In this document: positions 12,669-24,849 of the stretch, in pieces
Layout: each line of letters starts with the position of its first letter
How positions within the stretch are numbered: position 1 is the first letter of the stretch
Assembly (NCBI GenBank): GCA_965261735.1
Contig: OZ253470.1
Location: 1,184,001 to 1,248,000 of the forward strand
Length of the DNA stretch: 64,000 bases
Origin: Alphaproteobacteria bacterium
GTDB lineage: Bacteria; Pseudomonadota; Alphaproteobacteria; SHVV01
Direction: 5' to 3'
Made by a program: the position numbers and the translations under genes
Notes under the pieces: generated by a model
What the model was told of the DNA's origin: nothing
The model's database searches: none
What the model saw: the letters and a program-made list of their open reading frames with translations, nothing else

Positions 12669-13751
12669 CTAGTGGATTGATTCCAACGTTTGGAACCCTC
12701 TGTTTCGTGCGGCGATGATATGATCGGGGTCGGCTTTCCAGATGAAGGGTTTTGGGTTTGCGTCATTGTATTCGCGGACAAATCGGTTGATGGCGGCCTG
12801 AAGGTCGACGACGGATTGGAAGACGCCGTATTTGAGCCTGCGCCGCGTTAGTTTGGCGAAGAAGCCCTCGACGGCATTGAGCCACGAGCACGAGGTTGGC
12901 GTGAAGTGGAAGGTCCAGCGTGGATGGCGGGCGAGCCAGGCGCGGACCTTGTCCTTCTTGTGCGCGGCGTAGTTGTCGAGGATGACGTGGACGGCCTTGT
13001 CCGTCGGCACCTCGCGCTCGATGCGGTTGAGGAAGCGGATGAACTCCTGATGGCGGTGGCGCTGCATGTTCTGTGCGATGACCGTACCGTCCAGCACGTT
13101 GAGCGCGGCGAACAGCGTCGTCGTGCCATGCCGTTTGTAATCATAGGTCATCGTACCGGCGCGGCCCTTCTTCATCGGCAAGCCGGGTTGGGTGCGGTCG
13201 AGCGCCTGGATCTGTGATTTCTCATCAACCGACAGCACCACGGCATGGGCCGGCGGATCGACATACAAGCCGACGATATCTGTGAGCTTCTCGGCGAAGG
13301 CGGGATCATTGGAGAGCTTGAAGTGCCGCCAGCGGTGCGGGCTGAGGCCATGGGCCTTCCAGATCGCTTGGACCGTCGACGCCGCGACGCCAGTAACCTT
13401 CGCCATCGCGCGCAGCGTCCAGTGGGTCGCCTCGTGCGGCGGCGCTTGCTGGGTCAGGCGGACGATCTCGGCGACGCGCTCCGGCGGGATCGGCGCTTTG
13501 CCAGGCGGACGGGACCTGTCGCGAAGCAAGCCGTTGACACCCTCGTGCATGAACCGCTCCTGCCAGCGCCAGACACAGGTCTTGGACTTGCCGGTCTCGG
13601 CCATGATCGACGAGTTCCCGAGCCCCTCGTCGCTCTTCAGGATGATCCGCGCCCGCCAGACATGTTTCTGCGAGCTCTTCGGGTCCGCGACGATAGCTTG
13701 CAATCGCTGACGGTCGCCAGACGTGACAGTAAAATGGATGCCGGTGCGCAT
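12669..13751 (-). CDS. IS630-family transposase
   Basis: SVDEKSQIQAL, YKRHGTTTLFAAL, ILDNYAAHK, SWLNAVEGFF; stop codon lies in the target TAG. Confidence 0.92.
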   Translation of the reverse strand: MRTGIHFTVTSGDRQRLQAIVADPKSSQKHVWRARIILKSDEGLGNSSIMAETGKSKTCVWRWQERFMHEGVNGLLRDRSRPPGKAPIPPERVAEIVRLTQQAPPHEATHWTLRAMAKVTGVAASTVQAIWKAHGLSPHRWRHFKLSNDPAFAEKLTDIVGLYVDPPAHAVVLSVDEKSQIQALDRTQPGLPMKKGRAGTMTYDYKRHGTTTLFAALNVLDGTVIAQNMQRHRHQEFIRFLNRIEREVPTDKAVHVILDNYAAHKKDKVRAWLARHPRWTFHFTPTSCSWLNAVEGFFAKLTRRRLKYGVFQSVVDLQAAINRFVREYNDANPKPFIWKADPDHIIAARNRGFQTLESIH

Positions 13752-13820
13752 AGCACAGACTCGCATGACACCGCACAATACGGAATCTCAAATCGGACTC
13801 TTTCGTTCCGATCAATCCAC
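12672..13820 (-). mobile_element. IS630-family element, copy 1
   Basis: IRs GTGGATTGAT/ATCAATCCAC flanked by TA, inserted in CTAG. Confidence 0.92.
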
Positions 13821-13984
13821 TAGATTGGATTGGTCCCATTATCGGAGGAGCGATCGCAGCTCTTGTCTACAAGCACGTATTCATGAGCGACAGTCAGCCG
13901 AACGAGTAGTCCTGCACTGAAGATCGCAACGGCCCCATGGGGTATTTGTATGGACGCCTCCCGGAACGCAAGGACCGATTTGGT

Positions 13985-14105
13985 CCAACGCCCGCGAAGG
14001 GTGCGAAGCGGTCGCGAATGGCGGTCGCGAGGTTTTCGGGGCCTGCTTTGCTGTCAACCGCCTCACGCAGGATGAGGCGCGCTTCTTCTTCCATTGAACG
14101 CCCCA
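13985..14105 (-). pseudogene. Remnant of a FitA/StbC-like ribbon-helix-helix antitoxin
   Basis: GRSMEEEARLIL...NLATAIRDRFAPFAGV; N-terminus missing and no toxin gene seen. Confidence 0.65.
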
Positions 14106-14213
14106 CCGTGAAACACATCAGACGACGAGACAAACTCCAGAAAATGGCATTCAGAAGTGCAATCACGCCGCCGCATCGGCTCACGATTCGTCGCGGGATC
14201 AAGGCCTAAACCT

Positions 14214-15664
14214 GGTCGTGTCCCAGGACGTGGTGTAGGAGTTGTTGGAGCCTCTGTTAGCTGTGGGTAGGCGGCTTGCCGTAGCGACCGCCGAGAGTCT
14301 GGCGTAGGCAAGCCGGCTATCCACAGCGGAGGCCATCGCGGTTCCGGTTTAGGGTTGGGCTAGTGCAAACCAACCTGACCCGAAGGAGAACCACGATGAC
14401 CCAGGACATGATGACCCTGCGCGCGCTTTTGGAGAAGAGCTCCGATGCCGATCTGCTTTGCGAGATGATCGGCTTCACGGCCGAGCGGCTGATGGCACTG
14501 GAGGTTGAGGGCCTGACCGGCGCCGGGCACGGCGAGCGCTCGGCGGATCGTATCACCCATCGCAACGGCTACCGCGACCGGTCCTGGGAGACGCGGGCCG
14601 GCACGGTCGAGCTGAAGATCCCGAAGCTGAGGAAGGGAAGCTACTTCCCGGGCTTCCTGGAGCCGCGGCGGATGGCCGAGAAGGCGCTGGCTGCGGTGAT
14701 CCAGGAGGCCTACATCCAGGGGGTGTCGACCCGCTCGGTCGACGATCTGGTTCAGGCGATGGGGATGTCGGGCGCCTCCAAGAGCCAGGTCTCCAGGCTG
14801 TGCGGCGAGATCGACGATAAGGTCACCGGCTTCCTCGATCGACCGCTGGAGGGCGACTGGCCCTATCTGTGGCTCGACGCCACCTACGTGAAGGTGCGCC
14901 AGACCGGACGCATCGTCTCGGTCGCGGTGACCGTGGCTGTGGCCGTCAACGACCAAGGCCGCCGCGAGGTCCTGGGCGTGGCGATCGGCGCGTCGGAGGC
15001 CGAGACCTTCTGGACCGAGTTCCTGCGCTCGCTGGCCCGGCGCGGGCTGCGCGGCGTGAAGCTGGTGATCTCCGACGACCACAAGGGCCTGAAGGCCGCC
15101 GCGACCCGGATCCTCGGCGCCACATGGCAGCGCTGCCGCGTGCACTTCGCCCGCAACCTGCTGGCCCATGCCGGCCGCCAGGGCCGGCGCGTCGTCTCCG
15201 CCTTCGTCGCCACCGCCTTCGCCCAGGAGGACGCCGACAGCGCGAAGGTCCAGTGGCGCCAGGTCGCCGACCAGCTCAGGCCCAAGGTGCCCAAGCTGGC
15301 AGTTCTCATGGACGAAGCCGAGAGCACGACGTCCTCGCCTACATGAGCTTCCCCAGGGAGCACCGCCAGAAATTGCACTCCACAAACCCGATCGAACGGC
15401 TCCATGCCGAGGTCAAGCGTCGCACCAACGTCGTCGGTATCTTTCCCAACGAAGCCGCCATCACACGGCTCGTCGGCGCCATCCTTCTCGAGCAGAACGA
15501 CGAGTGGGCCGTCTCAAGGAGATACATGACGCTGGAATCCATCGCCCCGCTGAGCGATGGTGTCCCCATCACGCTGCCCACCGTGGCAGCCTGAACGTCC
15601 CGGCCCTACCCGCCGGGAGCCGCGTAGAGCGCAACGCTCTTACACCACTCCGCGGGACACGATC
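14214..15664 (+). mobile_element. IS256-family element type A, copy 2; transposase 14396-15594 frameshifted at ~15321
   Basis: IRs GGTCGTGTCCC/GGGACACGATC; 8-bp TSD CTAAACCT; extra AG relative to the other copies. Confidence 0.93.
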
Positions 15665-15699
15665 CTAAACCTGTAGATCAGATTCTTGGTGGGGACAGG

Positions 15700-17094
15700 G
15701 GTTGTGTCTCGAAAGTGGTGGAAATTGGTTTTGGCGCCTCTCCGAGCGGGTTGAGTTTTGCGGCGGTCAGGCTGCGCGGTCAAGGGTTTCGTCGGCGATT
15801 AGCTGATCGAGGGTTTCCCATCCATCGACTTTGCGCATCTGGATTTGGCCGGAAGCGAGGAGTGCCCAGAGGAGCATCGGCACTGTTTCGGGACACGGCA
15901 GCACGGTCTGTGTTTTGATCCGGCGCTTGAACTCCTCGTTGAGACGCTCAATGGCGTTGGTCGTTCGGGCTGATTTCCATTGGCTCTTGGACAGGCGCGT
16001 GAAGGTAAAGAGCTTGTCGCCCGCTTCTGCGAGGCTGTCCGCGACGGCCCTGCATTTCAGCCGCCACTTGCGGACAAACGCCTTGCGGCGGGTTTCCACC
16101 TCGGAGGCAGTGTCGGCATAGATCATATCGCGGTAATCTTCGCTCAGCTCGTCATGCACGTGTTTGGGAGCATGACCCAGAAGGTTGCGGTGCTTGTGCA
16201 CGGTGCAGCGTTGAACGGGAAGGTCATCGCCCCAAAGCGCCGACAGAGCCGCCTCCAGTCCCGGCGCGCCATCGACGATGACAAACCCGGGCCGTTTCAG
16301 TCCACGCGCATCAAGGTCGTCGAGGAACTGGCGCCACGCCGCCTGGCTTTCTCCGCCCATATTCCCGATCGAAAGCAAGACCTTCTGGCCATCCCGGCGC
16401 ACCCCTATAGCCGCGAGAACCGAGATGTTGGTGGCCTTGCGGTCCAGTCGGGTCTTGATCACAGTGCCGTCAAGGATCAGCCGAACGATATCCTCATCCG
16501 CGAGGCCACGGCTGCACCAGGCGTCCCAATCGACCTTCACCTTGCGCCACGCCCGGCTCACAACGTCCTTGCTCACAGCACCCCGGAAGAGCCCGAACAG
16601 CGCGCGTTTCACCCGCCGCGTGTTGGTTCCGGACAGATACACCGAAGCGATCAGCGCCTCGGCCTTTCTGGTCAGCCGCTGGTAGCGCGGCAGCGCCCGC
16701 GAACGCCATTCCGACGCCCGACCGTCTTCCTCAACGATCCGCGCACGCGGCACGCTCACCCTCTCGGTCCCGAATGTCCCCGTCAGTTGCCGCTCCCGGT
16801 GCCCGTTCCAGATACCCTTGCCGAAGCGCGTCCTCTCGACCGTATCGGCAGCGCCCGAGAAACTGCGCAAGTTCCTCCTCAAAAACGGCCTCGATCGTGG
16901 ATCTGATGTTCTCCCGCAGCCGGTCCTCGAGCGGATCATAGCCGGCGTCATTGGCCAGTAGCGAAAGCGCGGAAGTCTCGGTAGTGTTCTTCATGGCGTG
17001 ATCTCCTTGGCGGTGCTAGCCGCCGATTGGGTGGTTGTCTTGTCACCCGGAGATTACGCCATCCTCAAATTTCCACCACTTTCGAGACACAGCC
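15700..17094 (-). mobile_element. IS256-family element type B; transposase 15767-16994 frameshifted at ~16810
   Basis: ~27-bp IRs GG(T/C)TGTGTCTCGAAAGTGGTGGAAATT; 8-bp TSD GGGACAGG; LILDG, IVDGAPGL, QRCTVHK, TTNAIERLNEE; 1-nt insertion in GYRNG. Confidence 0.92.
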
Positions 17095-17142
17095 GGGACA
17101 GGTTCCAGTTAGAGACTTGTCGAAGACGCCCTCGCCGCATGG

Positions 17143-17643
17143 CTACTCCCCCTCGTCCTCCGGCTCGCGCACCTCGATCTTGGGCTGCTCCGCGACTTGG
17201 TCTTCGGGCACGAAGGTGATGCGCATGCCCCACCCGGCAAAAAATCGCAGCAGGCCGCCGAACTCGGCGAGATCGAATGCTCGGTCGTCGATGTAGATCA
17301 CAGTCTCACCATTCTCGTCGTCCTCGATATGGCAGCGGAGCACTCGGCCGCGAGGCACCCATTGGGCGCTGTCTTCGACGAACCTGACCTGAGGTTTGCC
17401 GGGAGGTATCTCGACCGCGGTGCTGTCGAACTCGGCGGCGAGGTTCTCTTGTGCGTCCATCATCGCGTTGAACAGGTCGAGCACCGCGGCGTCGGACATG
17501 GTTCGGAGATGAGAGCCGACGTTCACGCGGGCCACCGACACGTTGGGGTCGGCATGCTCGATAACCGCCATTTCGCCCTCGCGGGTGATCTTCACTTCGT
17601 CGAGAGAGGCACGCCGGGGCGGTTTCTTTCGCATGAACGGCAC
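17143..17643 (-). CDS. Hypothetical protein
   Basis: Globular-looking 166-aa ORF (VLRCHIEDD...FFAGWGMRITFVPED); no family assigned. Confidence 0.65.
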   Translation of the reverse strand: MPFMRKKPPRRASLDEVKITREGEMAVIEHADPNVSVARVNVGSHLRTMSDAAVLDLFNAMMDAQENLAAEFDSTAVEIPPGKPQVRFVEDSAQWVPRGRVLRCHIEDDENGETVIYIDDRAFDLAEFGGLLRFFAGWGMRITFVPEDQVAEQPKIEVREPEDEGE

Positions 17644-17770
17644 CGCAGGTCGTACATTGTTGGGATGGATAGGCGGTCCATCCAGAATCTCGGAGTAGCG
17701 TAGCTCGGACGGGAACCGCCGGGAAGTACCGCGGAGGGCAGTGCGCCCGTGTGGACGCTACGAGCTCCTA

Positions 17771-18919
17771 GTGGATTGATTCCAACGTTTGGAACCCTCT
17801 GTTTCGTGCGGCGATGATATGATCGGGGTCGGCTTTCCAGATGAAGGGTTTTGGGTTTGCGTCATTGTATTCGCGGACAAATCGGTTGATGGCGTCCTGA
17901 AGGTCGACGACGGATTGGAAGACGCCGTATTTGAGCCTGCGCCGCGTTAGTTTGGCGAAGAAGCCCTCGACGGCATTGAGCCACGAGCACGAGGTTGGCG
18001 TGAAGTGGAAGGTCCAGCGTGGATGGCGGGCGAGCCAGGCGCGGACCTTGTCCTTCTTGTGCGCGGCGTAGTTGTCGAGGATGACGTGGACGGCCTTGTC
18101 CGTCGGCACCTCGCGCTCGATGCGGTTGAGGAAGCGGATGAACTCCTGATGGCGGTGGCGCTGCATGTTCTGTGCGATGACCGTACCGTCCAGCACGTTG
18201 AGCGCGGCGAACAGCGTCGTCGTGCCATGCCGTTTGTAATCATAGGTCATCGTACCGGCGCGGCCCTTCTTCATCGGCAAGCCGGGTTGGGTGCGGTCGA
18301 GCGCCTGGATCTGTGATTTCTCATCAACCGACAGCACCACGGCATGGGCCGGCGGATCGACATACAAGCCGACGATATCTGTGAGCTTCTCGGCGAAGGC
18401 GGGATCATTGGAGAGCTTGAAGTGCCGCCAGCGGTGCGGGCTGAGGCCATGGGCCTTCCAGATCGCTTGGACCGTCGACGCCGCGACGCCAGCAACCTTC
18501 GCCATCGCGCGCAGCGTCCAGTGGGTCGCCTCGTGCGGCGGCGCTTGCTGGGTCAGGCGGACGATCTCGGCGACGCGCTCCGGCGGGATCGGCGCTTTGC
18601 CAGGCGGACGGGACCTGTCGCGAAGCAAGCCGTTGACACCCTCGTGCATGAACCGCTCCTGCCAGCGCCAGACACAGGTCTTGGACTTGCCGGTCTCGGC
18701 CATGATCGACGAGTTCCCGAGCCCCTCGTCGCTCTTCAGGATGATCCGCGCCCACCAGACATGTTTCTGCGAGCTCTTCGGGTCCGCGACGATAGCTTGC
18801 AATCGCTGACGGTCGCCAGACGTGACAGTAAAATGGATGCCGGTGCGCATAGCACAGACTCGCATGACACCGCACAATACGGAATCTCAAATCGGACTCT
18901 TTCGTTCCGATCAATCCAC
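17771..18919 (-). mobile_element. IS630-family element, copy 2 (transposase 17768-18850, intact)
   Basis: Only a few substitutions from copy 1; same IRs, TA duplication and CTAG target. Confidence 0.92.
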
Positions 18920-18921
18920 TA

Positions 18922-19365
18922 GTGTACCGGAGGGCCGAACATCCGAAGGCGCATCTGGCGGGCTTCGGCGGCTGGATGCATACCGACGGCTATGCCGGGT
19001 TCGGCAAGCTCGCCCGCGCCGGGCCGGTCCGCGAGGTCGCCTGCCTGGCGCATGTGAGACGGAAGTTCTTCGATGTCCATGGCGCCCGGGGCTCGGCGAT
19101 CGCGGCCGAGGCGCTGGAACGCATCGCGGCGCTCTACGCCATCGAGAAGGAAGCCCGCGGGCAGCCGCCCGACCGGCGCGTTGCAATCCGCGGGGCCAAG
19201 GCCGGGCCGCGCCTCGACGATCTGGAGCGCTGGTTGCAAACGGCAAAAAACCCCGCTGGCGGCGGCCATCCGGTATGCGCTGACCCGCCTGAAGCGCCTA
19301 CGGCCATATCTGGAGCACGGCTTCCTGGAAATCGACAACAACCCCGCCGAGTGCGCCATGAGTGG
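18922..19365 (+). pseudogene. IS66-family transposase (TnpC) internal fragment
   Basis: HTDGYAGF, ACLAHVRRKF, IAALYAIE, then frameshift to AIRYAL...LEIDNNPAE. Confidence 0.85.
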
Positions 19366-19385
19366 CCGCTTTGCCTCGGAATGCG

Positions 19386-19434
19386 CAACATAGGCGAAGG
19401 CGGCGAAGATCAGGCGCACCTGGTTGGCCTTGTA
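19386..19434 (-). mobile_element. ~50-bp scrap of a second IS1380-family transposase
   Basis: Encodes YKANQVRLIFAAFAYV, compare YKANQLRLLLAAFAYV in the remnant at ~9185-9230. Confidence 0.65.
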
Positions 19435-19680
19435 CCAACCCCCCGCTATCACCTTCCCCTTCGAATCCTTGGTGACGGGCACCAGCAATTCCGCGATCAG
19501 GACTTCTTCTCGCGTATTTTCGCCGTCGCGGTCTGCATCGATCTAGCTCCCGAAATTCTTTGCGCGCTCAAAGGGTTTGCCCGTGAACTCATGTTCTATC
19601 CCGATTCCGTCCAGAGGATCGTTGGCCAATGCCGGCACAGCCAGAAGAACAAGGGTTGCCATCGTCGCAAAGCGAAACAT
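19432..19680 (-). pseudogene. N-terminal part of a secreted DUF1524/HNH-like nuclease
   Basis: Manual translation: signal peptide MFRFATMATLVLLAVPALA, then FGS*IDADRDGENTREEVLIAE...GGWY; in-frame TAG at 19543-19545 where Trp is expected. Confidence 0.55.
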
Positions 19681-19943
19681 CGGATGCCTACCTTCCAGTT
19701 GGTCCAGCGCTATTCCCCAGGTTTGGCAGGTTTGGTTGCCTTGGCGGCTATCCGTGCGTTCACTGCTTCCCGTCCGAACCCAAGTACACCCTGGAAGAGC
19801 AGGATCGCGCCCTTGCTTCCGCCGGCGATGACTGCCGCGGTTGCAAATGTGCCAAACGACAATGCACCGGAATATCCCCCGGTCTTGGCGAAGATCACTG
19901 ATAAGACGTCGAACTGGCCCCAGACACAGATTACGTATGATGC

Positions 19944-21377
19944 GGTCGTGTCCCAGGACGTGGTGTAGGAGTTGTTGGAGCCTCTGTTAGCTGTGGGTAG
20001 GCGGCTTGCCGTAGCGACCGCCGAGAGTCTGGCGTAGGCAAGCCGGCTATCCACAGCGGAGGCCATCGCGGTTCCGGTTTAGGGTTGGGCTAGTGCAAAC
20101 CAACCTGACCCGAAGGAGAACCACGATGACCCAGGACATGATGACCCTGCGCGCGCTTTTGGAGAAGAGCTCCGGTGCCGATCTGCTTTGCGAGATGATC
20201 GGCTTCACGGCCGAGCGGCTGATGGCACTGGAGGTTGAGGGCCTGACCGGCGCCGGGCACGGCGAGCGCTCGGCGGATCGTATCACCCATCGCAACGGCT
20301 ACCGCGACCGGTCCTGGGAGACGCGGGCCGGCACGGTCGAGCTGAAGATCCCGAAGCTGAGGAAGGGAAGCTACTTCCCGGGCTTCCTGGAGCCGCGGCG
20401 GATGGCCGAGAAGGCGCTGGCTGCGGTGATCCAGGAGGCCTACATCCAGGGGGTGTCGACCCGCTCGGTCGACGATCTGGTTCAGGCGATGGGGATGTCG
20501 GGCGCCTCCAAGAGCCAGGTCTCCAGGCTGTGCGGCGAGATCGACGATAAGGTCACCGGCTTCCTCGATCGACCGCTGGAGGGCGACTGGCCCTATCTGT
20601 GGCTCGACGCCACCTACGTGAAGGTGCGCCAGACCGGACGCATCGTCTCGGTCGCGGTGACCGTGGCTGTGGCCGTCAACGACCAAGGCCGCCGCGAGGT
20701 CCTGGGCGTGGCGATCGGCGCGTCGGAGGCCGAGACCTTCTGGACCGAGTTCCTGCGCTCGCTGGCCCGGCGCGGGCTGCGCGGCGTGAAGCTGGTGATC
20801 TCCGACGACCACAAGGGCCTGAAGGCCGCCGCGACCCGGATCCTCGGCGCCACATGGCAGCGCTGCCGCGTGCACTTCGCCCGCAACCTGCTGGCCCATG
20901 CCGGCCGCCAGGGCCGGCGCGTCGTCTCCGCCTTCGCCCAGGAGGACGCCGACAGCGCGAAGGTCCAGTGGCGCCAGGTCGCCGACCAGCTCAGGCCCAA
21001 GGTGCCCAAGCTGGCAGTTCTCATGGACGAAGCCGAGCACGACGTCCTCGCCTACATGAGCTTCCCCAGGGAGCACCGCCAGAAATTGCACTCCACAAAC
21101 CCGATCGAACGGCTCCATGCCGAGGTCAAGCGTCGCACCAACGTCGTCGGTATCTTTCCCAACGAAGCCGCCATCACACGGCTCGTCGGCGCCATCCTTC
21201 TCGAGCAGAACGACGAGTGGGCCGTCTCAAGGAGATACATGACGCTGGAATCCATCGCTCCGCTGAGCGATGGTGTCCCCATCACGCTGCCCACCGTGGC
21301 AGCCTGAACGTCCCGGCCCTACCCGCCGGGAGCCGCGTAGAGCGCAACGCTCTTACACCACTCCGCGGGACACGATC
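19944..21377 (+). mobile_element. IS256-family element type A, copy 3
   Basis: Both IRs present; flanks differ (no TSD); right end truncates umuC. Confidence 0.93.
20126..21307 (+). CDS. IS256-family transposase (open frame, 5-aa internal deletion)
   Basis: [36 protein letters not shown]; AAGGAG RBS. Confidence 0.9.
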   Translation: MTQDMMTLRALLEKSSGADLLCEMIGFTAERLMALEVEGLTGAGHGERSADRITHRNGYRDRSWETRAGTVELKIPKLRKGSYFPGFLEPRRMAEKALAAVIQEAYIQGVSTRSVDDLVQAMGMSGASKSQVSRLCGEIDDKVTGFLDRPLEGDWPYLWLDATYVKVRQTGRIVSVAVTVAVAVNDQGRREVLGVAIGASEAETFWTEFLRSLARRGLRGVKLVISDDHKGLKAAATRILGATWQRCRVHFARNLLAHAGRQGRRVVSAFAQEDADSAKVQWRQVADQLRPKVPKLAVLMDEAEHDVLAYMSFPREHRQKLHSTNPIERLHAEVKRRTNVVGIFPNEAAITRLVGAILLEQNDEWAVSRRYMTLESIAPLSDGVPITLPTVAA

Positions 21378-22358
21378 CGCCGCCGCGACGATAACGCGGC
21401 TGTCGGCGGTTGGCGTCAGGAACGCTGCCGATGCGGCGGTCGTATATTGCGGGGCGGCGGTATCGAAACTGTCGGTCGCGATGGACACCTGGAGATTGCC
21501 GCAGACCTGATCGGCCTGACGGATCTTCTCCGCCGTCCTTTCCGCGAAGGATACGATCGCGTCGCGAACCTGTCCCTGATCGGCAATCGCCCGGCTGAAG
21601 CTTCGCGAACAGCAGGTGGTTTGTTTCGCGGCGGGTTGTGTCTCCAATTCATGACAGGCGATGCCGCGCAGCTCGTGCACCGTTCTGAGCCCGGTCACGC
21701 CCATGCGCTGGCGCACCCAGCCATCGGGCGCATCGCGCAGGTCCAGCGCGGTCCCGATACCGCGCCCGGCCAGCATCCTCGACCAGCGGCCACCGATGCC
21801 CCAGACATCGCCCGCGGCGGTCCTGGAGAGCGCCGGGCCGACCCAGGCGGGATTGCCCGACAGGTCGAGAACCCCTCCCGTCCGTGGCGCGCTTTTGGCG
21901 ATCCTGTTGGCGATCTTGGCCAGGGTCTTGGTCGGGCCGATCCCGATCGATACCGGGATGCCGGTCCAGCGGCGGACCCGGGTGCGAAGATCTCGGCACC
22001 ACCGGGTCAGGTCCGGAACCGCCAGGCGGTCGAGATCGAGGAAGCTCTCGTCGATACTGTAGACCTCGATGCGCGGCGCCTCGGCGGCCAGGATGCTCAT
22101 CACCCGTTCCGACAGGTCGCCATAGAGCGCGTAGTTCGAGGACAGCACGGTGACATCGTGGCGTTCGACGAGGCGCTTCGCCTGGAACAGCGGGACGCCC
22201 ATGGCGATGCCGAGCGCCTTGGCCTCCTGGGAGCGGGCGACGATGCAGCCATCGTTGTTGGACAGCACGACGATGGGGCGGCCGGCGAGCAAAGGTTGGA
22301 ACACCCGCTCGCACGAGGCATAGAAGTTGTTGCAATCGACCAGGCCGATCGTGGCCAT
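21378..22358 (-). pseudogene. umuC: Y-family DNA polymerase V subunit, 3'-truncated by IS256
   Basis: [49 protein letters not shown]; C-terminal domain missing. Confidence 0.9.
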
Positions 22359-22362
22359 GGAC

Positions 22363-22620
22363 CTAACGCGCGCAGTGCCGGCGGATGCTGTGGGTAACGA
22401 CGCCCCAGGCCTCGCAACCGGCATCATCGAGGTCGATATCGGAAAAGGCCGGGTTCTCGGCGTAGAGGACCAATCCGTCATTGCTCTTTTTCAGGCGTTT
22501 GACCGTCAGCTCGCCATGCAGGACGGCGATGACGATATCGTCGGCCTGGGGCGCGATGGCGCGGTCGACAACGAGAAGGTCGCCGTCGAAAATTCCGGCA
22601 TCGCGCATGGATTCGCCCTG
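22363..22620 (-). pseudogene. umuD: UmuD (S24 peptidase), N-terminus deleted
   Basis: GESM...[12 protein letters not shown]...TVKRL...WGVVT; cleavage-site region and start absent. Confidence 0.85.
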
Positions 22621-23114
22621 TCGTATGTAGCCACATACCACCCGTCGTCAAAATAATCGTCACACGACGAGAATAGGTGTTGTTTGACTCGAAGCACGAT
22701 TGATATCCAGTGGGGCCCGGCTATGCGAACGGAGCTATTTCCGAAAGTGAAAGTTGGTGACGGTGCCCGTGTAATCCACGCCGTTCAAGGGAAGACTCAT
22801 TCTTGCTGGGACCTCGGCGGTTTCCGTGGCCGTGCCGGTGCCGACAATGACGCCGTCCGCGTCGAGCAGCGTGATGCCGTAGCTGCATCCTGAGAGCAGT
22901 AGGAGGGGAAGGATTAAGGAGGCGTCGCACCGTCACCTCTCTGCTGGCCAGTCTGGACTCGGCAGTATCCAGAGTGCGCGCATGGACTCAGCGTAGCGCG
23001 CTGCCGCGGGCCTGCCAACAGGGTGCGAGTCGGCGCCGATTTTGGGGAATTTGAACTCTCAGGTGCCAGCTTCAATCAGCATATACTGCTTGTAGCAAGG
23101 TGTGGGATGCCCGG

Positions 23115-23333
23115 ATGAGCCCAGAAAGACGATCGGTCTTGATGACTGTGATCGGCGGCATGATGGCTGCCGCCTACCTGGACACCGAAGGCGTCGTCGA
23201 TCTGAGTTTTGGATTCCCGCAAGGTGGCGTCGTCGAGGGCGCGCTCACGGCGATCACCGGCGCCGCGGCGGGTTATGCGGTATTGTTCTTCTTCCGCAAG
23301 CTGCGGGATCTAGTGACCCGCGACGAGGAATAG
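23115..23333 (+). CDS. Small hypothetical membrane protein
   Basis: Two hydrophobic segments and a charged C-terminus. Confidence 0.5.
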   Translation: MSPERRSVLMTVIGGMMAAAYLDTEGVVDLSFGFPQGGVVEGALTAITGAAAGYAVLFFFRKLRDLVTRDEE

Positions 23334-23726
23334 CGACCTGTCAAGACGGCTGCTGCCGAGGCCGAGTGGCGCCCGAAGCTGACGTCGCGCTCAGGCCGGC
23401 GCCGCCGTCCCTGGTCGTGACGGGCCTCAAAATCGGCTGATGCCGGTCCCGATGCCGCATGGGGGATTCGGGCTCTTAGGCCCCTACTGCGACCGCCTGA
23501 GAGGCCCGTCAGCGCGTTTCTAGGGGTCGGGCGGTAAGATGGGTGCCCTCTGGGGAAGCCACGATTCGACAGGCGGCGATGTCCCCGACTGACGCGATTC
23601 TGAAGGAGCAGGTTGCAAGTTAGGAACATGTTCCGAATTCGCACGGACATAACCTCGGGCAACGTTGCCCCAGGTTCCATTGACCGCAAGTCCACTTACC
23701 GCTGGCGCATCATGTCGCGAGGAAGC

Positions 23727-23771
23727 TGTAGTGGCCTAGAAGTTTCAGACCGGATAAATTCAGGCCACTAC
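23727..23771. repeat. Inverted repeat, possibly two abutting IS ends
   Basis: GTAGTGGCCT...AGGCCACTAC, perfect 10-bp arms with further imperfect matches inward. Confidence 0.55.
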
Positions 23772-23781
23772 GATGTTCGTT

Positions 23782-24849
23782 CCTTGCCTATCCGGTTTAC
23801 ACCCACACCCACTAGGGCTAGAATGGGCGCAACCCGGATATAGGGGAGCGCGCCATGGATGTTCTCGACCGCGCCGATCTCCCATTCCCGCATTCGCTAC
23901 CCGAGTTCCAGCGACTTTTCCCCGATGATGCGGCCTGCGCCGCCTACCTGGAGAAAGCCCGCTGGGGAGACGGCTTTGCCTGCCCGCACTGCGGCACGGC
24001 GGGAGAGCCGTTCCACTTTGAAAACCGCCCTGGCGTCCTGCGCTGCCGCAAGTGCCGCCAGAACACCGGGCTGACGGTGGGAACAGTGATGGAGCGTAGC
24101 CACACTCCGCTGAACGTCTGGTTCTGGGCCGCTTATCTGGTCGCCAGTCAGACGCCCGGCATGTCCGCCGTGCAGTTTCAGCGGCAACTTGGTCTTTCGC
24201 GCTACGAGACGGCCTTTCAAATTCTCCACAAGCTCCGCTCGGGCATGGTGCGGCCCAACCAAGACAGGATCGGTGGACAGCCCAAGAACCATGTTGAGGT
24301 GGACGAAACCTGGGTTGGCGGGCGAACGCGTGGGGAAGGCCGTGGTGTTCACCACAAGGTTCCCGTCTCCTGTGCCATCGAGGTGCGTCATCGAAAGCCG
24401 GGCACCAAGCTCGACAACCGGAAAGACGGACGCTATGCCGGACGCGTTCGGCTCGCCGTCGTGCTCGACCGTAGCGCCGAGTCGCTCTGTGGGTTCGTCG
24501 AGAGCACCGTCGCGCCGCGATCGCTGATCGTTACTGACGATTGGAGCGGCTATGCTGGCCTCGGGAAGCGCGGCTATGAGCACTTCGCTGTTGCCGAGTG
24601 TGGTGATCCAGAGGTTGCCGAGCAATACCTGCCGATCATCCATCTGGTTTTCGCCAACCTGAAGACGTGGCTGATCGGTATCCACCACGGCGTTAGCCAC
24701 CAGCACCTACAAGCCTACCTCAACGAGTTCACCTTCCGCTTCAACAGGCGGTTCTACCCGTTCAACGCCTTCCGCTCATTGCTCGGCATCGCGGGCGACA
24801 CCTCTGCTCCAACCTATGCCGAGCTTTACTCGGGAGAGTGGCGGCACCC
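23782..24849 (+). mobile_element. IS1595 copy 2; last codons and downstream IR deleted
   Basis: Matches copy 1 up to ...GAGTGGCGGCACCC, then joins the antisense strand of the peroxiredoxin gene. Confidence 0.92.

Noticed and set aside
15321-16810. Programmed frameshifting in the IS256 transposases
   Set aside because: IS256 transposases are single-ORF, no slippery heptamer is present, and sister copies of type A lack the shift; these are mutations or sequencing errors.
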